This document shows positions 1-8,608 of a DNA stretch of 64,000 nucleotides, piece after piece (the stretch's first letter is position 1; the number at the start of each line of letters is the position of its first letter). The stretch spans positions 64,001-128,000 of the forward strand of contig JBIOIY010000002.1 of NCBI GenBank assembly GCA_044450345.1. Reading direction: 5' to 3'. The translations under genes and the position numbers were made by a program. The notes beneath the pieces were generated by a model. The model saw only the letters and a list, made by a program, of their open reading frames with translations, had not been told where the DNA came from and did not search any database. Origin of the DNA: Thermodesulfovibrionales bacterium (GTDB lineage: Bacteria; Nitrospirota; Thermodesulfovibrionia; Thermodesulfovibrionales; UBA6898).

Positions 1-158
1 CCGTGGATCTTTCCCTTCTCCTCGCTGACGACAAAATCCCGGACATTTTCATAAAGCTCATTGATCGAGCGGGGAATCATCTCTTCCCTTCGTGCGAATT
101 CGTTTACGAGCTTCTGGATTTCCTTTATATCAGCTATCCTCGCCCTTCGTATCCTCAA
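1..158 (-). CDS. GNAT N-acetyltransferase (short ArgA-like), 5' part; runs off the window edge
   Basis: Manual translation from TTG at 158: MRIRRARIADIKEIQKLVNEFARREEMIPRSINELYENVRDFVV..., typical of short amino-acid N-acetyltransferases; overlaps the end of the gamma-subunit gene. Confidence 0.7.
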   Translation of the reverse strand, partial: MRIRRARIADIKEIQKLVNEFARREEMIPRSINELYENVRDFVVSEEKGKIH

Positions 159-687
159 TGTACTGTATCCCTTTCAAGATTGAATTTGTGTTTACTTTTA
201 TCCCGTTTCCGACGGCCGACTTTGAAGGTCCCTCGACGATCTTCAGTATCGAAGACTTCCTGAGAAGTGCGGTTTCAGCGATGAGCGCACCGAGCATCAC
301 CATGTTGGCCGCTTTCGTGTTTCCGGCCGAACTCGCTATCTCAGTTGCAGGAACGGAGATACCTCTTGCACCGTTCTTGATGACAAGGTCCTTGATGAAA
401 GAACTGTCGTAGAAGATAAGCCCATGCCTCTTCAGTCTCGGCTGAAATTTCTCGAGAGACGCCTTGTTCATTATCACAAGGACATCGGGGCTCAGCACCA
501 CGGGCGAACCGATCATTTCGTCCGAAACGATGACCGTGCAATTTGCCGTGCCGCCGCGCATTTCTGCGCCGTATGAGGGAAACCATGTAACTTCCTTGTT
601 TTCCACCATTGCAGCATACGAAAGAACCTTGCCGAGAAACAATATCCCCTGTCCTCCGGAGCCGGCGATGATTACCCTTGTTTCCAT
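130..687 (-). CDS. 2-oxoacid:ferredoxin oxidoreductase gamma subunit
   Basis: IAGSGGQGIL, WFPSYGAEMRGGTANC and NMVMLGA motifs. Confidence 0.92.
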   Translation of the reverse strand: METRVIIAGSGGQGILFLGKVLSYAAMVENKEVTWFPSYGAEMRGGTANCTVIVSDEMIGSPVVLSPDVLVIMNKASLEKFQPRLKRHGLIFYDSSFIKDLVIKNGARGISVPATEIASSAGNTKAANMVMLGALIAETALLRKSSILKIVEGPSKSAVGNGIKVNTNSILKGIQYIEDTKGEDS

Positions 688-1437
688 TCAGGTTGCCTCC
701 GCGTATTTGTCTTTCACTATCCCCGGGGGGTATGCCTTCAGCATTTCAGCCCTTATCCATTCCAGTGACGCCCTCGGCGATAACCCCCAATCCGTGGGGC
801 AAGGAGACAGGATTTCGATAAAGGCAAAGCCTTTTCCTTCTATCTGATATCTGAAGCATTTTTCTATCGCGGACCTTGCAATAACGAGATTCTTGTGGGA
901 ATCGAGGGAGACCCTCTGGATAAAGGCGACACCTTCAATAGTGGCAAGGAGTTCAGATACATGCAAGGGGTATCCTTCTGAGGCCGCACTTCTTCCTGCG
1001 GGGGTTGTAGTTGTGCGCTGGCCCAAGAGAGTCGTGGGAGCCATCTGCCCGCCTGTCATACCGTAGTTTGCGTTATTGACGAAGAAGACGGATATGTTTT
1101 CTCCACGCGCAGCAGCATGCACGATTTCGGAAGTGCCGATTGCAGCCAGATCGCCGTCCCCCTGATAAGAAAATATTATCCTGCCCGGCATAACCCTTTT
1201 TAATGCGGTGGCGACGGCAGGAGGCCTTCCATGAGCCGATTCGAGAATGTCAAAATTAAAATAGTCATAAGAAAAGACCGCGCATCCGACAGGAGCTATC
1301 CCGATGACCTTTTCACGAATTTCGAGGGCATCTATGCATTCTGCGATCAGCCGGTGAGACAGACTATGGCCGCAGCCGGGACAATACCGGAACGGGACGG
1401 ATTTCAAACTCTTTGGTCTACGGAATATCTTTTCCAT
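688..1437 (-). CDS. 2-oxoacid:ferredoxin oxidoreductase beta subunit (TPP-binding)
   Basis: YCPGCGH, HGR, GDGD...NN TPP motif, YGMTGGQ, SPCPT; start could be 1449 (GTG) or 1437 (ATG). Confidence 0.92.
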   Translation of the reverse strand: MEKIFRRPKSLKSVPFRYCPGCGHSLSHRLIAECIDALEIREKVIGIAPVGCAVFSYDYFNFDILESAHGRPPAVATALKRVMPGRIIFSYQGDGDLAAIGTSEIVHAAARGENISVFFVNNANYGMTGGQMAPTTLLGQRTTTTPAGRSAASEGYPLHVSELLATIEGVAFIQRVSLDSHKNLVIARSAIEKCFRYQIEGKGFAFIEILSPCPTDWGLSPRASLEWIRAEMLKAYPPGIVKDKYAEAT

Positions 1438-1642
1438 TAATTCTCTCACTGAAACAAGATTGTCCTGTCTGCAAGGGTGATCGCATCGGCTTCAACCGTA
1501 TGCGGGAGGATTAATGTGAATTCCTCCACCAGTATCTTACCACGATGTCGGCCTCTGGCGAAACCTCAGTAACTGGTTGCAATTTTTTTTAAAAACTATA
1601 TAATGTGTTTTAGATGATTGAATGCGGGACCTCAACCGATAA

Positions 1643-1978
1643 ATGGCCTGGAGTAAAAAGGGCATGAATTCGAGCCTAAAATGGGGCCTTGCCGCAAGTG
1701 TCGCTGTAATTTGCGTGATTATTTTTCTGTTTACACAGGGCTCGCCTGACGGTGCCGAACTTTTTAGAAGTCAGGGGTGTATCAATTGCCACAGTTTTAA
1801 AGGTAAGGGCGCAGAGGTCTGTCCTGACCTTACCGGGGTCACCCGTCGGAGGAGCGACGGCTGGATACGGGACCAGATTAAGAATTCGAAAAAGCACAAT
1901 CCGGACTCGCGGATGCCCGGCTTCGGGCATCTTTCCTACAGAGAAGTCAGCGCGATAATCCGTTATTTGAAGTCATAA
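1643..1978 (+). CDS. Monoheme c-type cytochrome with N-terminal membrane anchor
   Basis: Hydrophobic N-terminus, CINCH heme motif, PDLT, distal SRMP Met ligand. Confidence 0.85.
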   Translation: MAWSKKGMNSSLKWGLAASVAVICVIIFLFTQGSPDGAELFRSQGCINCHSFKGKGAEVCPDLTGVTRRRSDGWIRDQIKNSKKHNPDSRMPGFGHLSYREVSAIIRYLKS

Positions 1979-2024
1979 TGAATAAGGGAGGCTCAGATGA
2001 TAGGGACGGCGATAAATTTAAATT

Positions 2025-2041
2025 CTGGCACCGCTTCTGCA
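2025..2041 (+). promoter_or_regulatory. Candidate sigma-54 (-24/-12) promoter of the hydrogenase operon
   Basis: CTGGCACCGCTTCTGCA has GG-N10-GC spacing and matches YTGGCACG-N4-TTGCW at most positions; about 100 nt upstream of hybO. Confidence 0.45.
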
Positions 2042-2144
2042 ATCTGTCAATAAAAATATTTTATGGATTAATAAAATAAGTGTTGAATTTGGCAAACTTA
2101 TGAAATAAGCTGTACATAATGATAAACCGTTAAGGGGGTGCTGT

Positions 2145-3314
2145 ATGAAGGATATTTTGGATAGTCTTTCCACAGAGTCAGGAGAATCCCTTGAAAGGCT
2201 CATAAAGGGAGGGGTGTCACGCAGGGATTTCCTTAAATTCTGCACAGGAGTTGCAGTACTGCTGGGACTCCCTGTGGCAATGGGCTCAACGATCGCGGAG
2301 GCTGTGATAAGCTCTAAAAGGCCTCCTGTCCTTTGGCTCTCTGCTCAGGAATGCACCGGCTGTACTGAGAGCCTCTTAAGAACAAACCATCCGACCCTCG
2401 AAAAACTGATCCTCGAACTTATATCCCTTGATTATCACGAGACCCTTAATGCGGGGGCAGGGCATCAGGCCGAGGCTGCGCGTATTAAGTCAATGCAGGA
2501 GAATAAAGGGAAATATATTTTGGTGGTGGACGGTTCCATCCCTGTTAAGGACAATGGAATCTACTGCAAGATCGGCGGAAAAACCGCCCTTTCACTCCTC
2601 GAAGAGATGGGATCCCAGGCAGCGGCGGTCATTGCGATTGGTTCTTGTGCCTCCTGGGGAGGGGTACCTTCTGCAGATCCTAACCCGACCGGAGCAACCC
2701 CTGTTCATGAAATCTTCAAGACCAAGGGCATAAAAACACCGGTCGTAAATATTCCAGGATGTCCTCCCAATGGCTATAATTTTCTTTCCACGGTTTTGTA
2801 CTTCGTGACATTCAAAAAACTTCCGGAATTGGATGATCAGGGCAGGCCCAAGTTTGCCTATGGAAGGATAATACACGAAAACTGCGAACGGCGCCCTCAC
2901 TTCGACGCCGGCAGGTTCGCGGTGGAGTTCGGAGATGAAGGACACAGAAAAGGCTACTGTTTGTACAAACTGGGATGCAAAGGACCTGAGACATATAACA
3001 ACTGTCCCACATTGCTTTTTGGAGATGTGGGGTCCGGTGCGTGGCCTGTGGGGACGGGGCATCCCTGCTTCGGATGTTCCGAAAAAGGGGTCGGGTTTAC
3101 CGTGCCCCTCCATACTCCGTCGAGGCCGCAATATCTTACCCCTCCGGCGTTGTTTACGGAAGTCTACCCCGGTAAAGAAGGTGTTCCGTCGGGAGTCAAG
3201 GCACTGGCTGCCGGCTTTGCGGGAGCAGCGATAGGAGCTGCGGGAGCGGCAATACTTACCGGTCTTGGCAAGAAGGACGAAGAAAAAGAAGACAAAAAAG
3301 ACAAGGAGGGTTAA
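2145..3314 (+). CDS. hybO: [NiFe]-hydrogenase small subunit (Hyb type), Tat substrate
   Basis: Tat motif SRRDFLK, QECTGCTES, GSCASWGG, PGCPP, HENCERR, CLYKLGCKGP, GHPCFGC, C-terminal hydrophobic anchor. Confidence 0.93.
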   Translation: MKDILDSLSTESGESLERLIKGGVSRRDFLKFCTGVAVLLGLPVAMGSTIAEAVISSKRPPVLWLSAQECTGCTESLLRTNHPTLEKLILELISLDYHETLNAGAGHQAEAARIKSMQENKGKYILVVDGSIPVKDNGIYCKIGGKTALSLLEEMGSQAAAVIAIGSCASWGGVPSADPNPTGATPVHEIFKTKGIKTPVVNIPGCPPNGYNFLSTVLYFVTFKKLPELDDQGRPKFAYGRIIHENCERRPHFDAGRFAVEFGDEGHRKGYCLYKLGCKGPETYNNCPTLLFGDVGSGAWPVGTGHPCFGCSEKGVGFTVPLHTPSRPQYLTPPALFTEVYPGKEGVPSGVKALAAGFAGAAIGAAGAAILTGLGKKDEEKEDKKDKEG

Positions 3315-3318
3315 GGCC

Positions 3319-4314
3319 ATGAGTATGGAAAGGCGAGACTTCTTGAAGATAGCCGCCGGAAGCGGACTGCTCCTTGCCTCTAAAGTGAACCCCGCACTTG
3401 CCAGCATGCCTACGGAGCTGCCTCCTCAGGCCGTCGGCATTCTTTATGACGCGACGCTCTGCATCGGCTGTAAGTCCTGTATGGTGAATTGCAAGATTTA
3501 CAATAGCGTACCGGGCGGAGCGCTTTATCAGAAAGGCCGCACAATCTCGTATGAAGTGAAGCCTGGTGAGCCTTATTGGGATGCGGCGGAAAATCTTTCA
3601 TCGAAAACGGTCAATGTTATCAAGATCAATAAAAGCGGGACTGGAGTGAACAAGGACAGCGTTGAAAACGGCTTTTCCTTCATAAAACAGCACTGTCTTC
3701 ATTGTATATCTCCGGCCTGCGTATCGGTATGCCCGGTCGGTGCAATCAAAAAAGATCCTGTGAACGGTGTCGTCTCGTATGATCGAGACCGGTGCTTCGG
3801 TTGCCGTTACTGTATGATTGCCTGTCCGTTCAATATTCCGAGATATGAATTTGAGAGCGCGAATCCAAGGATCAGGAAATGCCAGCTGTGCTATCACCGG
3901 TATGCGGAAGGAAAGTATTCCGCATGCTGTGAGTTCTGCCCGACAGGGGCGTCAATTTTCGGAAAGGTCGTAGACCTCAGGAAAGAGGCCCAAAAAAGAC
4001 TTACGCTGAAACCCGGAACAGAGTATGACTTTCCGGTTCAGACAGTCGATTCGACTCAAAAAATGCGACGCCCTGTTTCAAAGTATTTAAACCATGTTTA
4101 CGGAATGACGGAGGTGGGGGGCACCCAGTATCTATTACTTGCCGGGGTGCCGTTTGATTGGCTGGGATTCAACAAGAATATCAAGGACTCTTACCTTCCC
4201 GATCTTACCTGGGCGTACATAGCCAAGATTCCGGCTGTGATCGCAGGGATAATCCTCGCCGGCACAGCGACCTGGGCCGTTACCAGGAACAAGAACAAAG
4301 ATAAGGAGGGATGA
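3319..4314 (+). CDS. hybA: Hydrogenase-2 periplasmic ferredoxin-type subunit (4x[4Fe-4S])
   Basis: Tat motif ERRDFLK, four Cys-cluster motifs (CIGCKSC, CLHC..CVSVCP, CFGCRYCMIACP, CQLC..CCEFCP), C-terminal TM helix; RBS AGGAGG before ATG 3319. Confidence 0.92.
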   Translation: MSMERRDFLKIAAGSGLLLASKVNPALASMPTELPPQAVGILYDATLCIGCKSCMVNCKIYNSVPGGALYQKGRTISYEVKPGEPYWDAAENLSSKTVNVIKINKSGTGVNKDSVENGFSFIKQHCLHCISPACVSVCPVGAIKKDPVNGVVSYDRDRCFGCRYCMIACPFNIPRYEFESANPRIRKCQLCYHRYAEGKYSACCEFCPTGASIFGKVVDLRKEAQKRLTLKPGTEYDFPVQTVDSTQKMRRPVSKYLNHVYGMTEVGGTQYLLLAGVPFDWLGFNKNIKDSYLPDLTWAYIAKIPAVIAGIILAGTATWAVTRNKNKDKEG

Positions 4315-4318
4315 CCAT

Positions 4319-5446
4319 ATGAACCAGCGAGACATTAAACTGATCACTCCTACCACTGTGGTGCTGCTTCTTATCATTGCCGTTGGCGCTGTCGCTGGCC
4401 TGTACCGGGTGTTCTTCGGACTCGGGGCATCAACGCATCTCAATGATGTATGGCCGTGGGGTTTATGGATATCCTTCGATGTCTTGGGCGGCGTTGCTCT
4501 GGCAGCAGGAGGGTTTGTCATTGCAGGAGCGGTTTATATTTTGAACTGGAAGAAATACAAGCCGATTGTAAGGCCGGCGATACTGAACGCATTTTTCGGT
4601 TATCTCCTGGCGGCTACTTCAATAACGCTTGACATTGGGCTTCCCTGGCGCATATATCACCCATTGATTATGTGGCAGATCAACTCTATTATGTTCATTG
4701 TGGCCATCCATGTGGTGCTTTATACGACCACTCTTGCTACAGAGTCCAGTCCGATGTTCTTTGAGAAACTCAAAATGCCGAGGGCCCTGAACTTCATTCA
4801 AAGGATTATGGTAGGCATAGTCTTGTTCGGCGTGCTTCTTTCCACGCTGCACCAGTCATCACTCGGAGCGGTCTTTCTTATCGCTCCGACGAAAGTGTCA
4901 CCCCTTTGGTACAGCAGCAAGCTCCCTTACATGTTTCTTGTCTCTGCAGTAGTGCTGGCGCTTTCAATGGTGAGCTTTGAGACGATTTTGAGCGGAAGGG
5001 TCTTTAAACATAAGCCCCCCATGGACATCCTCCACGGCATGGCAAGGGGTTCTTTGATTGTTATCGGTCTTTATTTGTTCCTGAAAATATGGGACCTGGT
5101 TAGAGGCCCTGGCATAGGACTGGCGTTTAACGGGAGTCTGACTTCCAATATGTACCTCCTTGAAATGATCATAGGGATTATTCTTCCCTTTGTATTACTT
5201 CTGAATAGCGGCGTTAGGACCCGGCTAAACGGCATTTTTTGCGTCAATATACTCGTGATAATCGGAACCGTGCTCAATCGTATGAACGTCGGCATCTTCA
5301 GCATGGTCGAATACAACGGTTTGATGGGGCGTGATTATTTCCCTTCGTGGATGGAAATCGCGGTCACGATGGCGATGGTGGCCTTTGCAGTTTTGGGATT
5401 TAAAGTCTGCGTAAAATACTTGAATGTTCTGAAACTGGAGCACTGA
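4319..5446 (+). CDS. hybB: Hydrogenase-2 integral membrane subunit (NrfD/HybB family)
   Basis: Multi-TM protein; PWGLWISFD, LHQSSLG, PLWYS motifs; lies between hybA and the large subunit. Confidence 0.92.
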   Translation: MNQRDIKLITPTTVVLLLIIAVGAVAGLYRVFFGLGASTHLNDVWPWGLWISFDVLGGVALAAGGFVIAGAVYILNWKKYKPIVRPAILNAFFGYLLAATSITLDIGLPWRIYHPLIMWQINSIMFIVAIHVVLYTTTLATESSPMFFEKLKMPRALNFIQRIMVGIVLFGVLLSTLHQSSLGAVFLIAPTKVSPLWYSSKLPYMFLVSAVVLALSMVSFETILSGRVFKHKPPMDILHGMARGSLIVIGLYLFLKIWDLVRGPGIGLAFNGSLTSNMYLLEMIIGIILPFVLLLNSGVRTRLNGIFCVNILVIIGTVLNRMNVGIFSMVEYNGLMGRDYFPSWMEIAVTMAMVAFAVLGFKVCVKYLNVLKLEH

Positions 5447-5495
5447 CTATGCGTATGAACTATAGCAGGAAAATATATTTCAGGAGGTGGTCGAC

Positions 5496-7196
5496 ATGGC
5501 AAAAAGGATAACAGTTGATCCCGTAACAAGAATAGAGGGACATCTGAGGATAGACTGCGAAGTTGATGGCGGCAAAGTCACAAATGCCTGGTCCTCCGGG
5601 CAGATGTGGCGAGGGATAGAGGTTATCCTCAAGGGACGCGATCCGCGCGATGCATGGTTATTCACACAGCGCTTCTGCGGCGTCTGAACGTCGGTCCACG
5701 CACTGGCTTCAGTGCGTTCGGTAGAAAACGCCCTGGGGATGGAGATCCCTGTGAATGCGCAATATATCAGGAACATGATTATGGGCGCTCACGCAACACA
5801 TGACCATATCGTCCATTTTTATCATCTTGCCGCTCTCGACTGGGTAGATATCGTCTCAGCCCTTAAGGCCGATGCAAGAGCGGTTTCGAACCTGGGCCAG
5901 AAGCTTTCTCCATGGACGGGGAACAGTTACGCCGAGGTCAAGGCATCTCAGGACAGGCTGAAGACTTTTGTGGGTTCAGGTCAGCTCGGTGTGTATGGAA
6001 GCGGCTATTGGGGCCATCCTGCAATGAAGCTTGCGCCCGAGGTGAACATGCTTGCGGCCCATCATTATCTTCAGGCGCTTGAGTACCAAAGGGAGATCAA
6101 TAAGGTCGTCGGCATTCTCGGCTCGAAGACGCCGCATATACAGAACGTGGCCGTAGGAGGAGTTTCCAATGCCATCAATCTGGACAGCCCTTCGACCCTC
6201 AACATGGAAAGGCTGTACTATATCAAGACGCTGATTGATAAGGTCGGTGACTTTGTTGAAAATGTGCTGCTCGTGGACACTGCCGCAGTCGCTGCGTTTT
6301 ATGCGGAGTGGACAAAGTACGGCTCTGGCGTGATGAATTACCTTTCGGTTCCAGATATGCCAATGGACACTAAGGGTACGACCTTTGCGCTTCCAGGCGG
6401 ATACATCCCCGGTGGAGATGTGGGTAAATTCCAGGCGATAAAGAGTTATCAGGACCCGTTCTTCCGCGATAATGTCAAGGAGAGCATCAAACATTCCTGG
6501 TACGACGGCGACTGGGACCGCCACCCGTACGAGGAAGATACGCTTCCGAAATATACCGACTTCCAGGACAAAGGAAAATATTCATGGGTTAAGTCGCCGA
6601 CTTTCAAGGGTAAACCGGCACAGGTGGGGCCGTTGGCCAATGTTCTCTGTATGTTTGCAGCGGGCCACGAGCCGACAAAAAAGTACGCCACGAAGATGCT
6701 TGATACTATAAGCGCCCTGGCCGGTACTAAAGTCGGGATTGCAGCGCTCCACTCGACAATCGGCAGGATCGGTGCCAGGTCAATCAGGTGTGCGGTACTC
6801 TACGATACCCTAAAATCGCAGTGGCAGGCGCTCGTAGAGAATATCTCGAAGGGAGATGTCAAGACCTTCAACCACCCGACTTTCCCAGCGGGCGAACAGA
6901 GGGGTTATGGTTTTCACGAGGCCCCAAGGGGCGCTCTCTCTCATTGGATCGTCATTAAGGACGGGGCGATAAAGAATTATCAGGCCGTAGTGCCTTCGAC
7001 ATGGAACGCCGGCCCCAGGAACAGCGAAGATGCATTAGGGCCTTATGAGGCTTCCCTTATCGGAAACCCCGTGATAGACGCTGAAAAGCCTCTCGAGGTA
7101 TTGCGGACCGTGCATTCGTTTGACCCCTGTCTTGCATGCGCCATACATATGGTCGACAAGACTAATAATGAAATCGTGAAGGTCAAGGCGGTCTGA
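5496..7196 (+). CDS. hybC: [NiFe]-hydrogenase large subunit (566 aa) with in-frame TGA at codon 64, probably selenocysteine
   Basis: ORFs 5487..5687 and 5712..7196 share a frame, separated only by TGA 5685-5687; read-through gives DPVTRIEGH...QRFCGV[TGA][10 protein letters not shown]...DPCLACAIH plus a cleavable C-terminal tail; RBS AGGAGG before ATG 5496. Confidence 0.85.
5698..5717 (+). promoter_or_regulatory. Candidate bacterial SECIS element
   Basis: ACGCACTG-GCTT-CAGTGCGT: perfect 8-bp stem, 4-nt loop starting with G, loop 18 nt after the UGA. Confidence 0.7.
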
Positions 7197-7203
7197 TAAG
7201 AGC

Positions 7204-7722
7204 GTGAATGTCCTTGTACTCGGGATAGGCAATGTCCTTATGATGGACGACAGCGTCGGAGTGCGTGCTATCGAGGAGCTCGAGAAGAGATACTGCTTCC
7301 CGCAGGGCGTGGAGCTTCTCGACGGCGGTACTTCGGGCATCGAACTTCTCTCGTATATAGGCGACCGCGATCATTTGATCATAATTGACGCGCTGAAATC
7401 GGGACTTCCTCCTGGGACGGTCGTGAAAGTGGAAGGCGAAGATGTTCCCGCAAGGTTCATGACGAGAATATCGCCGCACCAGCTAGGTCTGTCCGATGTA
7501 CTTGCGGCAGCCACAATTTCCGGCCAGCTCCCGAGAAATTTGGTGCTTTTCGGGGTCGAACCCAAAACAGTCAGGCTCGGCCTTGGCCTCTCAAATGAGG
7601 TCAGGGCGAGCCTTGACAAGTTGGTGAGCACGGTGATTGAAGAACTCGGACGCATCGGATGTGCGGTGGAACCTGCTGAGATCGTGTCAACCAGGAGTAC
7701 ACTATGGGAGGCTCTTGGGTAA
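7204..7722 (+). CDS. hybD: Hydrogenase maturation endopeptidase
   Basis: VLGIGNVLMMDDSVG, LLDGGT, IIDA, SPHQLGL motifs; directly after the large subunit. Confidence 0.92.
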   Translation: MNVLVLGIGNVLMMDDSVGVRAIEELEKRYCFPQGVELLDGGTSGIELLSYIGDRDHLIIIDALKSGLPPGTVVKVEGEDVPARFMTRISPHQLGLSDVLAAATISGQLPRNLVLFGVEPKTVRLGLGLSNEVRASLDKLVSTVIEELGRIGCAVEPAEIVSTRSTLWEALG

Positions 7723-7921
7723 TGATATATAGTGTCTCATTGTCGTTAGAGTCTAACCTGCCGGTCACTGCCTAATGTATTCCTGCCTCTAAAAAAAAGG
7801 CCGGGCATCTTCTTCGTACCGAAGGTTCTGATAGATACAATAACCATCATTTCCGGCAAAGCACGTCGACAAACATTATTACCGGCGTGATTTTTCGGCG
7901 GCAATCGCGATATAATAGAAT

Positions 7922-8608
7922 ATGAGAATTTTGTTGGTAGAAGACGAGCAGAATGTGGCCTCTTTTCTGAAGAAGGGACTCGAAGAGGAATTTTATACAG
8001 TAGATGTTGCAGAGGATGGGGGAGACGGTTTTGCCATGGCTACTTCCAAGGAATATGACTGCATCATTTTGGACGTAATGCTGCCCGAGATCAGCGGTAT
8101 CGAGATATGCAGGAAATTGAGAAGCTCGAACGTAAAAACGCCGATACTCATGCTCACGGCCCTCGATTCCGTGGGCAGCAAGGTCGAAGGACTTGAAAGC
8201 GGCGCCGACGATTATCTTACAAAACCATTCGCCTTTTCAGAGCTCCTTGCGCGGATAAGGGCATTGTTGAGGAGAGCACCGGATTCGCTGAGCGAGCTTA
8301 CACTGAACGATTTGCGCATGGATCTTTTGTCTAGGAGAGTTTTTAGAGGTGAACAGGAGATCATTCTCACGCAGAAGAGCTTTGCAATCCTCGAATATTT
8401 TTTAAGAAACAAGGGGAGGGTGTTGTCCAGAACACAGATTATTGAGAACATCTGGGGATATAATTTTGATCCGAATACCAACGTAGTGGACGTACATATA
8501 AAGTTTCTGAGAGAAAAAATAGACAAGGAATTCAATAAGAAATTGATTCATACGGTCAGGGGATCGGGGTATGTACTGAAGGCCGAAGATGATAGTCAGG
8601 ACCTTTAG
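7922..8608 (+). CDS. OmpR-family response regulator (CusR/CzcR-like)
   Basis: LLVEDE, LDVMLP, DDYLTKPF receiver motifs; winged-helix end IHTVRGSGY. Confidence 0.93.
   Translation: MRILLVEDEQNVASFLKKGLEEEFYTVDVAEDGGDGFAMATSKEYDCIILDVMLPEISGIEICRKLRSSNVKTPILMLTALDSVGSKVEGLESGADDYLTKPFAFSELLARIRALLRRAPDSLSELTLNDLRMDLLSRRVFRGEQEIILTQKSFAILEYFLRNKGRVLSRTQIIENIWGYNFDPNTNVVDVHIKFLREKIDKEFNKKLIHTVRGSGYVLKAEDDSQDL

Noticed and set aside
1480..1530. Two small hairpins between the oxidoreductase beta gene and the cytochrome c gene as an ncRNA
   Set aside because: The stems are short and imperfect and match no family I recognise.
5685..5687. Genome-wide UGA reassignment (Trp/Gly code)
   Set aside because: TGA ends several conserved genes at their expected C-termini here (hybA, hybB, hybC, ino1, trxA). 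Trp or Gly could not replace a metal-ligating Cys.
5487..7196. Two separate genes (66 aa and 494 aa) as listed in the ORF track
   Set aside because: They share a frame and are separated by one TGA inside the metal-binding motif. The 5712 GTG has no evident RBS and lies within the hairpin. Neither piece could bind the NiFe site alone.
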